DNA of 64,000 nucleotides from NCBI RefSeq assembly GCF_009914755.1, contig NC_060938.1; one strand, 5' to 3'. Positions 19,560-39,734 of this stretch are shown here, one piece after another (positions within the stretch are counted from its first letter, which is position 1; the number at the start of each line of letters is the position of its first letter). The position numbers and the translations under genes are program-made. This stretch comes from the human T2T-CHM13v2.0 reference genome, Homo sapiens. The notes below the pieces were generated by a model. The model made no database searches and was not told the origin of the DNA. It saw nothing but the letters and a program-made list of their open reading frames with translations.

Positions 19560-19795
19560 TATACATATAATATATATACTATTATATATAAATAGTATAT
19601 AATATATATTATATACTATATATAATATATATTATATACTATATATTATATATACTATATATAGTATATATATTATATATACTATATAATATATACTATA
19701 TATAGTATATATACTATATAATATATACTATATACTATATATATTATATATAGTATAGTATATACTATACTATATATAATATATATTATATATAT
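19560..19795. repeat. AT-rich low-complexity repeat (TATAC/TATAA/TATAG units)
   Basis: Directly visible. Confidence 0.95.
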
Positions 19796-20489
19796 TTCTG
19801 TTAAAGGGGGAAAATAATATATTTAACATAAACATTTTTGGGAAGATACCCAAGAAACTGGCAGTATTAGTGGCAGTCACTGGGTGACTGACCAAATGGG
19901 CAGGGCAAAAAGGGAGTTTTCAGTGAAAACTCTTATATTTCTTGAATTTTGAACCACTGGTTTGTATGACTTAGTTTTAAAAATCAATCAAAAATTTAAA
20001 AGTATTGGCTAAGAGAAGATCTAGGAATTTCAATCCTTTCACCTAAGAGGCATCATGGTGTAACAGAAACAGCATTGTTTTGGGGGTAAAAAAAGTACCT
20101 GGTTTTGAAACCTGGTCTGCTATTTACTAGTTCCATGACCTTGGCCACATTCCTCATGTTAGCTGAATCTCATTTTGGGCATTAATAAAATGGCATAACA
20201 AAAGCTACTTTGTGAGGATTTGACATTATATAAAACTGCCTTGCGCTTACTAAATGGTAGCTGTTATTCTGTGGATTTCAATTATCCCTGCTATCCATTA
20301 CTACCAATTAGGAGCTGGATGGTGATTAAAGGGAACTCAAGTTATGAATGAGGTCTCAGAGAGTCTTAATTTACAAATATCAACTAACACCTGCAGCGGA
20401 AAAGCAGCATTACAAAAATTTTTTTTATTCAGGTATTTTTTTGAGTCTTTAGGTAAGTCCCAGGGCTTTTTGAGGCTTCTTAAGAACTA

Positions 20490-20685
20490 TCCCAAGAGAT
20501 CAAGCAATCAGTGACATTTAATGATGGCCAGCTCCATAATGCAATCTCATATTGGTTCTCCTTTCTTCCTCGCTTCACTGCCCTTTCCCTATCCCTGTTT
20601 CTTGGAACTGCTCTCCCTAATAAAGTAATAGCATATAAGCCTTTTGCCTCAGACTGTGCTTTCTGGAGAAACACAAGCTGAAACT
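20490..20685 (+). mobile_element. ERVL LTR fragment (LTR33/LTR16-like)
   Basis: ctctccctaataaagtaatagcatataagccttttgcctcagactgtgctttctgg. Confidence 0.6.
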
Positions 20686-21600
20686 ACGATCTGTCTAATC
20701 CATGAAGACAGTCAGGGACTGCATAGCAGATGCTACTGGTGTCCTTCCCATGTGCTTTTAGGCCTTAATATTAAGAGGGCTTGCTGACCAGGAGTGGTGG
20801 CTCATGCCTGCAATCCCTTTAAGCACTTTGGGAGGCTGAGGCAGGAGAATCACTTGAGCCCAGGAGTTTGAGACCCGCCTGGGCAACATGGCGAAACCCC
20901 GTCTCTACCAAAAAAAATATAAAAATTAGGCAGGCATGGTGGCACATGCCTTTAGCTACTCAGGAGGCTGAGGTGGGAGGATTGCTTGAGTCCGGAAGTT
21001 GGAAGTTGCAGTGAGCTGAGATGGTGCCCAGCATGGGTGACAGAGAGAGACCCTGTCTCAAAAAAAAAAAAAAAAAAAAGTTATGGGGGTTTGCTTTCCC
21101 CAAAATTCGCATCTTTTGCTTTATGAGAGGGCTTTCTCTGCCATCCTTGAATAATATTTTCTCCCATTCTGTGGACTGTCTTTTCATTTTCTTGATGGTG
21201 TAGTTTGTGGCACAAAAGATTTTAATTTTAATGAAGTCCAATTTAGCAAATCTATTTTCATCACATGTGCTTTTGGTGAGATTTACTCCTATGTTTCCCT
21301 TCTAGTAGTTTTAGGGTGTTTTTATTTTTATTTTTTACATTTAGGTATATGATGGACTCCTAGTAATTATTTATGTATGGTTGAGGTAGGTGTTCAATTT
21401 CAATCTTTTTGCGTGTGGATACCCAGTTGTCCCAGCAATAGTTGAAAAGACAATTTTTTTCCTCATTCAATTATTTTGGCAATCTTCTGGAAAATCAATT
21501 GACCATAAATACAAGGGTTTACTTCTGGACTCTCTATTTTATTCCATTGATTTGTATGTTTATCTATGTGCCAGTACCACTGTCTTTATTACCATAGTTT

Positions 21601-22950
<1,350 letters not shown>

Positions 22951-23320
22951 GCCAAAACATATACATTTCTTGTTATACAGGTTTGAAATTGGAATGTGTG
23001 GGTCCCCCAACTTTGGTCTTCTTTTTCAAGATTGTTTGGGCTATCATTTTTTAAAAATTTATGTTTTTTGGATCTTTTTAAATAAATCTTTTCTCACTCC
23101 AAATCCATCAAATATTTTTCAATATGGTTCTCTAAAAGTTTTTTAGTTTGACTGTCACATTCAGGCCTTTCATCTATTTGGAATTTATTTTAGTGCACAG
23201 TGGAAGGTCGGGGTCTAATGTCATGCTTTTAAATTGTATTAACACTTTTTTTTAAAGTCCATTCTTTCTTCCACTAATATACAAAGTAAGCCTGTTACAA
23301 AACAAGTTTCCAGTAGGTAA

Positions 23321-23659
<339 letters not shown>

Positions 23660-24095
23660 TAGCTTTTTAATAAGGTAATCTGGTAAGGTAAATCTCCCTA
23701 TCTTGTTCATCTTTAGAAGTGTTTCTGGATCTTATATACAAATGTTAGAGTTTGACAACTTTCACAAAAACAAAACAAAAACTTTGGATTTTGATTGAAA
23801 TTACATTGAATCTGTAGATCAATTTGAGAAGAATTGGCTTTAAAAAATATATTGGCTGGGCATGGTGGCTCACGCCTGTAATCCTAGCACTTGGGAGGCC
23901 CAGGCAGATGGATCACCTGAGGTCGGAAGTTTGAGATGAGCCTGGCCAACATGGCGAAACCCTGTCTTTAGTAAAAATACAAAAATTAGCCAGGTGTGGT
24001 GGCGGGTGCCTATAATCCCAGCTACTCAGGAGGCTGAAGCAGGAGAATTGCTTGAACCCTGGGGGCGCATGTTGCAGTGAGTTGAGATCTCACTA

Positions 24096-24626
<531 letters not shown>

Positions 24627-24715
24627 TTATCTGGTTAGAAAGGTCTTTTCTATTCCTTATTTGTGGAGTTTTTTTTTCTTGTTTTAATCCTAATGTGTTA
24701 GATTTTATCAAACAT

Positions 24716-25290
<575 letters not shown>

Positions 25291-25680
25291 TAGCCAGAAT
25301 GGTCTCGATCTCCTGACCTCGTGATCTGCCTGCCTCAGCCTCCCAAAGTGCTGGGATTACAGGCGTGAGCCACCGCGCCCAGCCGACACATGTTTTGTTT
25401 CTAATATTAATCTTGGATTTGTGAGATATACCCATCCTGGTAATGGGTATATCTTTCTTACATGCTGTCAGCTTCCATTTTCTAACTGAACTTATTTAGG
25501 ATTTTCAATATTAAGATTTTCAATGTTGCTATAATTGTTCCTCTAGTCTTAGATTGTAGTAATATATTGATATATTATGAGATACAGCTTGTCAAATTAC
25601 ACAAAAATAAGACAGAAACTTTGGAGATTGATTAAAATTACACTGAATCTATAGATCAATTTGAGAAGAATTGGCTTTAA

Positions 25681-26752
<1,072 letters not shown>

Positions 26753-27739
26753 TTTTTTTTATTTGCCTCTAAGCTTCGTTAGAGTGTGTCTAGAATAGCC
26801 TTTACTGTAGGGCTAGTTTAGCTTTTATTTTAAGCCCTGATCCTTCTGGGGTTTTTATTGATTGCCCTATGGCTCAGTGAGGTCTCTCTGGCTCAGTAGG
26901 ATTTGAGCACCTCTTAGTCCTCTGTGCTCTGAGAATTGTTCAGTTTCTAGCCTCTGGCAATTGTTCTTTGCCCAGTGTGTGGAGTTTCACTCTATGAATA
27001 TGCAGACTGGTTATTCAGCCAGAGACCTAAGAAGACCCCTGTGTCAATTTCGGGAGCTCTTTCTCTGTGTAGCTTCCTCCTCTCTGGTACTTTACCCTAC
27101 AGATTCCAGCTCTCTCACATCCCACAGATCCAGTCTCTAGCTCCTTAATTTAATGACGCCATTGTGCTTTCTTTAGGTTTTTCTTCCCTGTCCTCTAAGC
27201 TCAAAGTTGTCCCTAGATAAGAAGCTGGGGCAATTGAAAGGTTCATCTTGTTTTCCCTCTCTTAAAGTTCAGTCTTTCCCTGCCTGTTGTCACAGTATGA
27301 GAAAACAGTTGTTTCATATCTTTGGTCCAGTTTTCTTGTTGTTTACCATAGGAGAGGATGTTCTGTACCAGTTACTTCATGGTCAGTAGTGGAGCTCAGC
27401 ATCTTTACAATGAGGAAGCTTACAGCCCCTGTATATTTATTTAGGTCTTATTTGATCTCTCCATGTATGTCTTACGCAGCTAGTTTTAGATTTATTTCCA
27501 CATCTTCATGCTTTTATGCCATTAGAAATTGTATCATTCTAAAATTTTATTTTCTACCTACTAATTGCCAGTATAAAGAAAAAAATTAATTGTGTATATT
27601 GATTTTTCTATCCAGTAACCTTGTTGATAGTGTATTATTTTGGATTATAAATATCATTTTAGAATAACGATAGCTTTGTTTCTTTATTTCCAATCCTTAC
27701 ATATTTTTTCTTACCATATTTCTTTTTTTTAATTTTTAA

Positions 27740-28059
<320 letters not shown>

Positions 28060-28167
28060 TCATTGGGTAAGAGTCTATTTATTTCAGGCCAGGCACAATG
28101 GCTTACGCCTGTAATCGCAGCATTTTGGGAAGTGGAGGTGGGTGGATTGCTTGAGCTCAGGAGTTCA

Positions 28168-28401
<234 letters not shown>

Positions 28402-30277
28402 TTAGCTAAGATTTTTTGAAGTCATAAATAGATACTGAATTTTATTAAATGCTTTTTTCTGTATTTATTGAGATACTTGTATGATTTTTCACTTCAATAT
28501 GTTAATGTAGTGAATTACTGTTTTTTTAAAAAAGTGAAGCCAATCTGTGCTTCTAAAATAAACCCAACTTGGTTACATCATATTTTCCTTTTTTTATACA
28601 TTGCTTGATTTGATTTGCTATTATTTTGCTTACGATTTTTATATATATGTTTGCGAATGAGATTGGTGGATAATTATCTTTTCTCCTTTTCTTGTAAGTT
28701 TTGCACTAACATGCTATGCTATCCCTTGAAACAATTAGGAATTATTTATTTCTTGAATATTTGATAAAATTTGCTTAGTAAGCCATCCAGGATTTCTATT
28801 TGTTCAATTTCTTTTTCCCTTCTTTATTGAATTCTTTTGAATTGATTGAGGTTTCTGGAATAATCATTACATGTTTTCCCCTTTGGATTTTATAAGCACA
28901 CTGTTTCTGTTCTTTAGGGGTTACTAGAAGTTTCAACGTGCATGTTAACTTATCAAAGTCTGTAGCTAAGCAATACTTTACCTTTGGTCTAAGAACCTTA
29001 GAACACTTCAACTCCATTTACCTTCCTCCTGATCTATATTATTGTTGCAGTGTATTTTAATTGTCTTTTCAAATTTTACACCATAAATCATTGTTTTTAT
29101 TTTATATAATCAACATTCACCTATTTGCTACCTCCTTTCTGCATCTCGGACTATCTAGACTGTTCCTTCTGTTAATAATCTCTGTGAGTCCTTTTCTGGG
29201 GTCTTGTTTCTGCTGGTTCTCCCTCATGCACTTTGTTTCTTGTGTGGTTGGTTTTTGTTTTGTTTTTAACTGTAAGCTGTTCGTTATCCATAGAAAATTA
29301 TTTATGGGGGATTTTGTGAGGCCTCAGATGAAGGTGGATCCCTTCAAAGAGTATTTATATTTACTTCTACCAGGTGTTTAGAGGTCTACTAACCCAGGAC
29401 CACTTTAACGCGGTAGCTGCAGGCTTTGAGAATCATCAGCTGATGTGAATTTGGGCAGAACACCCAGGTGAGGCTCAGGTTTTAGTTACAATTTCTTAGG
29501 AACGTGTTCTTATTCTACCTAAGCCTCTAAGCACCAAGACATCTTCTCTTGCAATCTGCTCTGAGTTCCCACTTTCGCATAGATTTTGGCCTGTGATTTT
29601 ACCCTCCGGTGAGTTATTTTATGTTTTAAAGCATATTTTTAATGTCTATTAAGTATTTTTAGTTATCAGTGGGAGATGCTGTCTGTATAACAATATACCG
29701 TTGCTGAGTGTAACATTGTCTTCTAAGAGTTTTTTTAAAAATTGTGGTAAAATATACAAAACATAGAATTTATCATTTTAACCATGTTAAAGCGTGCACT
29801 TCAGTAGCCTTAAGTACATTCACTATGTTGTGCAACCATCATCACCATTCTCCTGTAGAGTTTTCATCATTCCCCCAACTGCAACTCTATACCCAGTAAG
29901 CAATAGCTCCCCATTTTCTCCAAAACCCAGGCCCCTGGCACCATTCTACTTGCTGTCTCTATGAGTTTGACTACGGGTACCACGTATGAGTGGAATCATA
30001 CAGTATTTCTCCTTTTGTGACTGACTTCTTTCTTTTAGCATAATGTCTTCAAGTTTCACTGTGGCATGTGTCTTTCTAAGAGTTTGAAAGTGTTTTTTTT
30101 TCATAGTTATAGCCTTAGGTTCCCTGGGATTAATCTGTATTTAAGTGTGAGGTGCAGATCTAAATGTATCCCAATATGGACATGCCATTGTCCCGATAGA
30201 ATGTATTGATTAATCCATCTTTTCCACACTGATCTGTAATGCCGTCTGTCATATATCGGATAGCTATGTAAATATAA

Positions 30278-30535
<258 letters not shown>

Positions 30536-31427
30536 TAGTAGAGATGGGGTTTCTCCGTGTTAGCCAGGATGGTCTTGATCTCCTGACCTCGTGATCTGCC
30601 TGCCTCGGCCTCCCAAAGTGCTGGGATTACAGGCGTGAGCCACCGCGCCCGGCCAAGGTCAAATTTCTGATAGGCAAAACTGCAGGAATGGCCAAGCTTC
30701 AGCACACTCTGAATGCACTTGTCAACCTGCATCCTTCCCGAAAACACTTCATCCCAGAGAGTTTGTCTTTTTACTTTCTCAGTATGTGAAGTGGGATGGT
30801 TTAAAAGAAAAAGGTAAAAACGTTCAGTCTGATCAATACTAACCATTTAATACAAACTAGTGACACACAAAAAAATGAAAATTGCTCATTTGGATAGATG
30901 TATGCTGGCTTAGCAGAAGGAAATGACGGTTTCTTTGAATTCAGGTTTAGATTATTTTCCCTCATAGAGAATGGAAAATGTATCACAAAAAAATATAAAA
31001 ATCTGAATAAGGTGAATGACTTCACTGCTTACCTTAAATGCAGGTGGTGACTTACAAAGCTGGCTTATTTAGGAGATCCAGCTAACACCTGAAAGGCTAT
31101 ACTATACATTTCTGTACAAGATTGCTGTAATTAATATTTATCATAGAAACTAGGAGTTGAGACTCTTCACTTATATGTCATCGAAATTATACTAGTCATG
31201 GTAAAAATCATTATTAGACATCTTTCTTTCCTAACAGTTCTTTGACAAATATGTCTCCTAGATTGTAAAAGAGACTGACAAAAAATCAGAGAACCTTTAG
31301 CCCAGCAAATGACATAAATGACTTACCTTCCCACCAGATAATACTTGTCAAGAAATATACCAAAATTAGGCTGAAATTGCTTTACTCTATCACCTTTACT
31401 GCAATAAATCTGTGTATATCTTGTTAG

Positions 31428-31730
<303 letters not shown>

Positions 31731-32464
31731 TGATCCGCCCGCCTCGGCCTCCCAAAGTGCTGGGATTACAGGCGTGAGCCATCGCACCTGGCCATATCTA
31801 TTTCTTTATTTGAATCTGGGTTCTCAAAATCTTGTGACCTGAAAAAGAAAAAAGAAATTGCCTGGATGCTAAATCTGATATTTGGTATTGGCTCCATGTA
31901 TTTCAGTGTCTGAATCTGATACACCCTATGACCAAACAAGACAAATGGGAAACTCTTCCTCCTTGATGTTAAATTGAAAATCATTTTAAATATTAAAGCA
32001 AAACATATTGAACAGATGCAAAATTGGCATGAATTTTAATTGTTATCCTGCAGCAGGTTGCTTTAGGCAGCTAACGTTAGGTTTCTGAAACTTTTCCCTT
32101 AAGTTCCTAGAGAAGCAGGAGAGTGTGGATGAGAGGCTACCTCGGTGTGTCATTACAACAAATTAGGTAATATACCATCATTTGCTGTTGTTGTTGTAGT
32201 TTTCCTACCAGAATGGAAAAGCACATGAAGTTTCATTGATTCCACAGCTGTGTATTTGTACCTATGTATGTGCAAGGCTCTGTGCTAATAAGCTCTGTGA
32301 ATGTAATGGTAAATAACTAAAATATAGTTGGGCACATTGGCTCATGCCTGTAATCCCAGCACTTTGGGAGGCTGAGGCTGGTGGATCACCTGAGGCTGGT
32401 GGATCACCTGAGGTCAGGAGTTCAAGGCCAGCCTGGCCAACATGGTGAAACCCCATCTCTACTA

Positions 32465-32653
<189 letters not shown>

Positions 32654-34533
32654 CTAAAATACATCAAAGTACCCAGAAGTAGATACTTTATCGCCATCTT
32701 AAGTAAAAACAAAAACTATCTCAAATTTTTTTGTGAAAATAAATAGGATGGCCTGTGTAGCTTGGGACATGGTAGGTGCCCAATGAATGAGAGTTTCAAA
32801 GATGGCCTAGCCATATGAGATGTGTAAATCTAGATTAAACATTGATTTTAAAAAATAAGACTCACGCATATATGTAATCCCAGCACTTTGGGAGGCCAAG
32901 GCAGGAGGATCACTTGAGTGTAGGAGTTTGAGACCAGCCTGGGCAACATGGTGAAACCCCATCTCTACAAAAATACAAAAATTAGCCAGGCATGGTGGAA
33001 CACACCTGTGGTCCCAGCTGCTCAGGAGGCTGAGGCGGGAGGATCAATCGAGCCCAGGAGGCCAAGACTGCAGTGAGTTGTGATCGTGCCACTGCACTCA
33101 AAACTGGGTGACAGAGTGACACTCTCATAAAATAAATAAATAAAGCTATAAAGAACATCATTGGGACAATTACAGACATTTCGATTTAAGCTGGATATGA
33201 GATAGGGCATTACTGTTGATTTTCTTAGGTTTGATAATGACATTGGGGTTATGAAGGAGAATATCCTTGTTCTTAAATGATGCTTCAGGGAATATTAGGA
33301 AAAAAGTGTCATGATATCTGTGACTTACTTTCAATGGGATCAGAAATAAAAATAGATAAAGAAGACTGTTACTAATAGCCAGATGAAGGTGGCGGGTTTA
33401 TGAGTGCCCATTATTCTATTCTCCCAAATTTTAAGGATGTTTGAAATTTTTCAAAATAAAAACTTGGATAAAAAAAATAGTTCTTTTTACTCTTCCCTGT
33501 TTAAAAAAAAAAGTTATTATGCAATTTCCCAGACAGAATCTATTCCCAAACTATGAATTAGAAATTGGAGATCATACAAACTGGAGGAAGATTCAGAAAG
33601 GATTTTGTTGTTTTTCTTTTAAATCTAAGTTACACCACTCAAGGGTAAACTTAGATCTGAGGCAACACTGTTCATGAACTTTGTCACAACAAATATTGAA
33701 TGTTTATTTGCCTGAACTCCGTTTAACCTTGCACATTCACCTTCGTGTTGGCGAAGAGTTGTATTTCATAATTCCTAGCAAGGCAATGCCACCTAGTCCA
33801 TGTAAGTGTTCATATTATGGCACACCTAGGGGCGTGGTGGGCAGTGGAGCCAGGACAGTTAGAAGATGCAGTTTCACTTGGTGAGTTTACAATTTAATTG
33901 GAAGCAAAACATGATGAAGCTGAAGAACACGCTCAGAACAATTTGGAAACTACAAGTTAAAACAGCACAGTTCCCTGGGAGGTGGAGGTTGCAGGGAGCT
34001 GAGATCAGCCATTGCACTCTAGCCCGGGTGACAAAGTGTGACTCCGTTTCTAAATAAATAAATATAAAATAAAAAGCACAGTTCCAAAAGTGGTAATAAG
34101 GAGGAAGCCATTGCTAACATTGGTGTGGAAAAAAATCTGTGGTGATAATTCAGATGTTAACAATGACCAGACGTTTGCTATAGATGTCACACTTCTGCAG
34201 AGATTACATTTTTCTTCAAGTCCCAGTAGATTCAGGGTGCCACCATTGGAATTTTCTGTTGCTAGCCACATTTCCAATTTAGGGATTCCTTCCCTGAAGT
34301 TGAACCCTAGAATGGCATTGTGTATCTAACCATGGAGGAACTGTTTTTGTGACCATAGTTTCAGCAAGTCCACAAAGCCCCCAGGGTAAAGAATGTATCC
34401 AGTGTACCCAATATATATTGTATATACAATATATCACAGTATTAGGTAGACATCTTTGATCCTTAGTATCAGACTTAAAAGAGAGTGTTACTGATTTTCC
34501 TAAGGAATGTGAAAAAGAATAGTTGATCCCCTA

Positions 34534-34800
<267 letters not shown>

Positions 34801-34882
34801 TCAAAAAAAAAGAAAAAGTCATGATAGGGGAAAGAAAATGACCTAGATTCATATAGGAGCTAAGAATTCTTACAGCTACTAT

Positions 34883-35376
34883 TGTCACGCGCGTCCGTGT
34901 GAAGAGACCACTAAACAGACTTTGTGTGAGCAACAAGGCTGTTTATTTCACCTGGGTGCAGGCGGGCTGAGTCTGAAAAGAGAGTCAGCAAAGGGTGGTG
35001 GATTATCATTAGTTCTTACAGGTTTTGGGATAGGTGGTGGAGGTAGGAGCAATGTTTTGTGGGCAGGGGGTGGATCTCACAAAGTACATTCTCAAGGGTG
35101 GGGAGAATTACAAAGAACCTTCTTATGGGTGGGGAGAATTACAAAGAAGCTTCTTATGGGTGGGGGAGATTACAAAGTACCTTCTTAAGGGTGGGGGAGA
35201 TTACAAAGTACATTGATCAGTTAGGGTGGGGCAGAAGCAAATCACAATGGTGGAATGTCATCAGTTAAAGCTATTTTCACTTCTTTTGTGGATCTTCAGT
35301 TGCTTCAGGCCATCTGGATATATAAGTGCAGGTCACAGTGGATATGATGGCTTAGCTTGGGCTCAGAGGCCTGACA
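34883..35376 (-). mobile_element. Solo LTR7-family LTR (HERV-H; LTR7B-like, type II repeats)
   Basis: Minus strand begins TGTCAGGCCTCTGAGCCCAAGCTAAGCCATCATATCC and ends ...GGTCTCTTCACACGGACGCGCGTGACA; 5-bp TSD actat/actgt. Confidence 0.95.
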
Positions 35377-35545
35377 ACTGTGACATTCATTCTAAAAGTT
35401 TTATCCGATGTGATAGACCTATTACAATTCTCATATATTTACCCAGGCACTTTCTGCAAGTATAAAATATATTGACTTAATATTGTATTGTTAAGGCTAA
35501 AAAATCATTTTTAATAAATGAAAAATGTACAAAAGTATTCCTTTT

Positions 35546-35564
35546 TACCTCTAGGTGGTGCTGT
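35546..35564 (+). promoter_or_regulatory. Candidate CTCF site
   Basis: CCTCTAGGTGGTGCTG versus core CCASYAGRKGGCRS. Confidence 0.55.
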
Positions 35565-35854
35565 GTATCGTTTTTTGTGAGCACAAGTTGCCTAGTTTTT
35601 AAATTGGATGGACTCAAAGATTAACCATCTTATTTTACAGATAAACTAAGATTCATTGAAATTTTGTTTTAAGATAAAAATTCTGGTTTGAGGCAGAGCC
35701 AGGATTAAAGCCTTTTTTCGGTAAAGTGTTTAATGTACGAATCATTTTACAAAAAGTATTGTCATTCCAAAGTTATTGCAAGCAGTATTACACAGTTGTG
35801 ACAAGTTTAAAATTTTATTTTATTGATTTATGACATTTTCTTAGAAAGTTCTAA

Positions 35855-35950
<96 letters not shown>

Positions 35951-35995
35951 TAACACGGTGAAACCCCGTCTCTACTAAAAATACAAAAAAAATTA

Positions 35996-36190
<195 letters not shown>

Positions 36191-37275
36191 TTAAGATGAA
36201 AATAGATAGTAATGACAGATAATGGACTATCATTATGTGTACATCTAAATTACTTTACCAAAGAAACTCCCAATGGTTAAAGAACACAGATAACTTGCTG
36301 AAAAGGAAATAAAAATTGGTAATACTTACATGAAAATCTATTCAAAATCACTAAGAATCAAAAACTAGAATAGCAACACGGTCTCCCCTTGTCCCTTTCA
36401 GATGAGCAAAAATGTCCATAAAGTGGTCATCTTTCAGAGATGCTGAGTCAGTGGTAAGACAGGCATTTCACCCACGGGCAGTAGGAGCATAAATTAGTAC
36501 AATATTCTGAAAGTTAATCTGACAGATGTTATCAAGAACCTTAAATTCTTCAAACTCTGACGTAGTAGTTCAACTTCTAGTCTGCTCTCGTAGGAAATAA
36601 ACAGAAATATGGAAAACTTATGTGCAAAGATATTGACTACATCATTACATATGGTACTTGTAAATAAGAAAATCATTACATAAATTAGGGTATGGTTATG
36701 ATATCTCACAGCCATTTACAAACTTTTTGCAAATAATTTTAAATGACATAGGAAAATATTCATAATACTATCCTAAATTAGGAGACTAAAATCTATTAGC
36801 ATGGTATTAGCTGTATAAAAATATTACAGTATTTGGAGAAAAAGAATGAAAAACATTCAAATATTAACAAAGGTTATCTGAATATGAAGAGTATGAGTTA
36901 TTACTTCTTTCAGCTTTCTTTTATTTTTCGAGTTTTCTATGAAGTATAAATAGTACTTTATAGACAGAAAAAATGTTATTTTTAAAATGAAATAAGTAGC
37001 ATTTGGAGTGATTTTGAAACCCATCATTCTGAAACTTGTCATTCAATCATCTGCGGCTGAGAGTTTTTCAGCTTTCCCGTTCTCCTCCCTTAGACTGGCA
37101 GTGAGAATGAGAAGGAAATGCTACACACAGCTTCATTTCCTAGAGTCAGAATCATTATGTCTCACTGGCTTTCCCTTTTCGCTCTTTGATTATGATTGAG
37201 AAAACTTCAAAACCCTAAAATCTAAAGTTTATTTTAGACAGCAGTGAATAATCATGTCTAAACAAATCTCCCTGA

Positions 37276-37613
<338 letters not shown>

Positions 37614-38427
37614 TGAGTCACTGCACCTGGCCTTATTTTATGATTTTTTTTTTTTATTATTGACTCAATTATTACAACTTAATTGTATGCATGATAACTC
37701 ATCAAGTGCTCTAATGTGAAGCTCACACATTCAGATGTCTTGTTAGCTTCTCCTTAGTTTATCCTAAAACCGGTTACTAAAAAGACTCTCAACTTAAACT
37801 AGACTCTTGCTAGCTCTCAATACTAAACTTAAAACATTCATTCATTTTTGGAGGAGAAAATATTGGTTCATCTGAAACTTCTTTTTAAAATTCAGATTGT
37901 CTTCTTAATGATGAAAATCATAAAATGCATATTCAGTGTAAGTAGTGAAAAAGTCTAGAATTACACTGCAAGAGACCTTCACATGTGTCCTAGAGATTGG
38001 TTAGAAGGACAGTTAGGAAGTAACAGTTTAGCATTTCCATCTGGCACTAACTATTTGTGTGATATTTGACAATTTTTTAAAAAATGTTTGTTTTAATATA
38101 TTTTTCTTTCACCATCCACATTTCCACAATGGCAAATTATTTATGCTCAGTTTCTTTGCCTATAAAATTAAGATGGGGCTGGGCGCAGTGGCTCACGCCT
38201 GTAATCTCAGCACTTTGGGAGGCTGAGGCAGGTGGATCACTTGAGGTCAGAAGTTCAAGACCAGCCTGGCCAACATGGTGAAACCCTGTCTCCACTAAAA
38301 ATACAAAAATTGGCCGGGCACAGTGGCTCACGTCTGTAATCCCAGCACTTTGGGAGGCCAAAGCAGGTGGATCACAAGGTCAGGAGTTCAATACCAGCCT
38401 GGCCGAGATGGTGAAACTCCATCTCTA

Positions 38428-38785
<358 letters not shown>

Positions 38786-39367
38786 TCAAAAAATAATAAT
38801 AAAATTAAGATGGTAGCCCAGGTGACCTATATGGCTCATGGTCTGATGGAGGGGAAGAATATTTGGAATTGTGCTTGCAGTGGAAAATCTGGGTCACATG
38901 ACTTCCATATGTTTAAGATGCCTTCTGGCCAGGCGTGGTGGCTCACGCCTGTAATCCCAGCACTTTGGGAGGCTAAAGTGGAAGGATTGCTTAAGGCCAG
39001 GAGTTCAAAACCAACCTAGGCAACATAATGAAACCCCATCACTACAAAACATTTAAAAATTAGCCGGGTGTGGTGGCATTGCCTCTGTAGCCACAGCTAC
39101 TCAGGAGGCTGAGGTGGGAGGATCACTTGAGCCGTGGAGATTGAGGCTGCAGTGAGCCATCATCATGCCACTGCACTCCAGCCTGGGTGAGAGAGTGAGA
39201 CCCTGTCAAAAAAAAAAAAAAAAAAAATCCCTTCTGATTCTGAAATGCTTTTCTGCTGTGTCCCTTCATGAGGATGTCTACAACAGGAACTTCCTGGGCC
39301 CTTGTCTTACAAGCTTGCACCCAGATCCCATCAGTTTAGAAGCCACTGTTTGCTTCTGTTTTCTTAG

Positions 39368-39734
39368 TGATAGGATCTGAATGTTTGTGCCCCACCCCCC
39401 GCAAATTCACATGTTGAAAACTTAATCCCCAAGGTGATGGCATTAGGAGGTGGGACCTTTGGGAGGTGATTAGGTCATGAAAGTGCTGCCCTTATAATGG
39501 GATTAGTGCCCTAATAAAAGAGACACAGAGAACTCATTTTAATCCTTCCACCATATGAGGCCACAACTAGAAAATGCCATCTATGAACCAGACAGCAGGC
39601 CCTCAGCAGATACTGCATCTGCCAGCACCTTGATCTTAGACTTCCCAGCCTTCAGAACTGTGAGAAATCAATGTTTATTGTTTATTAGCCACCCAGTTGA
39701 TGGTGTTTTGTGGTAGCAGCCTAAAGACTAACAC
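39368..39734. mobile_element. MLT1A-like MaLR LTR
   Basis: tgaatgtttgtgccccac...ttcccagccttcagaactgtgagaaatcaatg...gactaaca. Confidence 0.85.

Noticed and set aside
35079-35230. Regular 31-bp repeats as a CRISPR-like array
   Set aside because: Head-to-tail units without unique spacers, inside a eukaryotic LTR.
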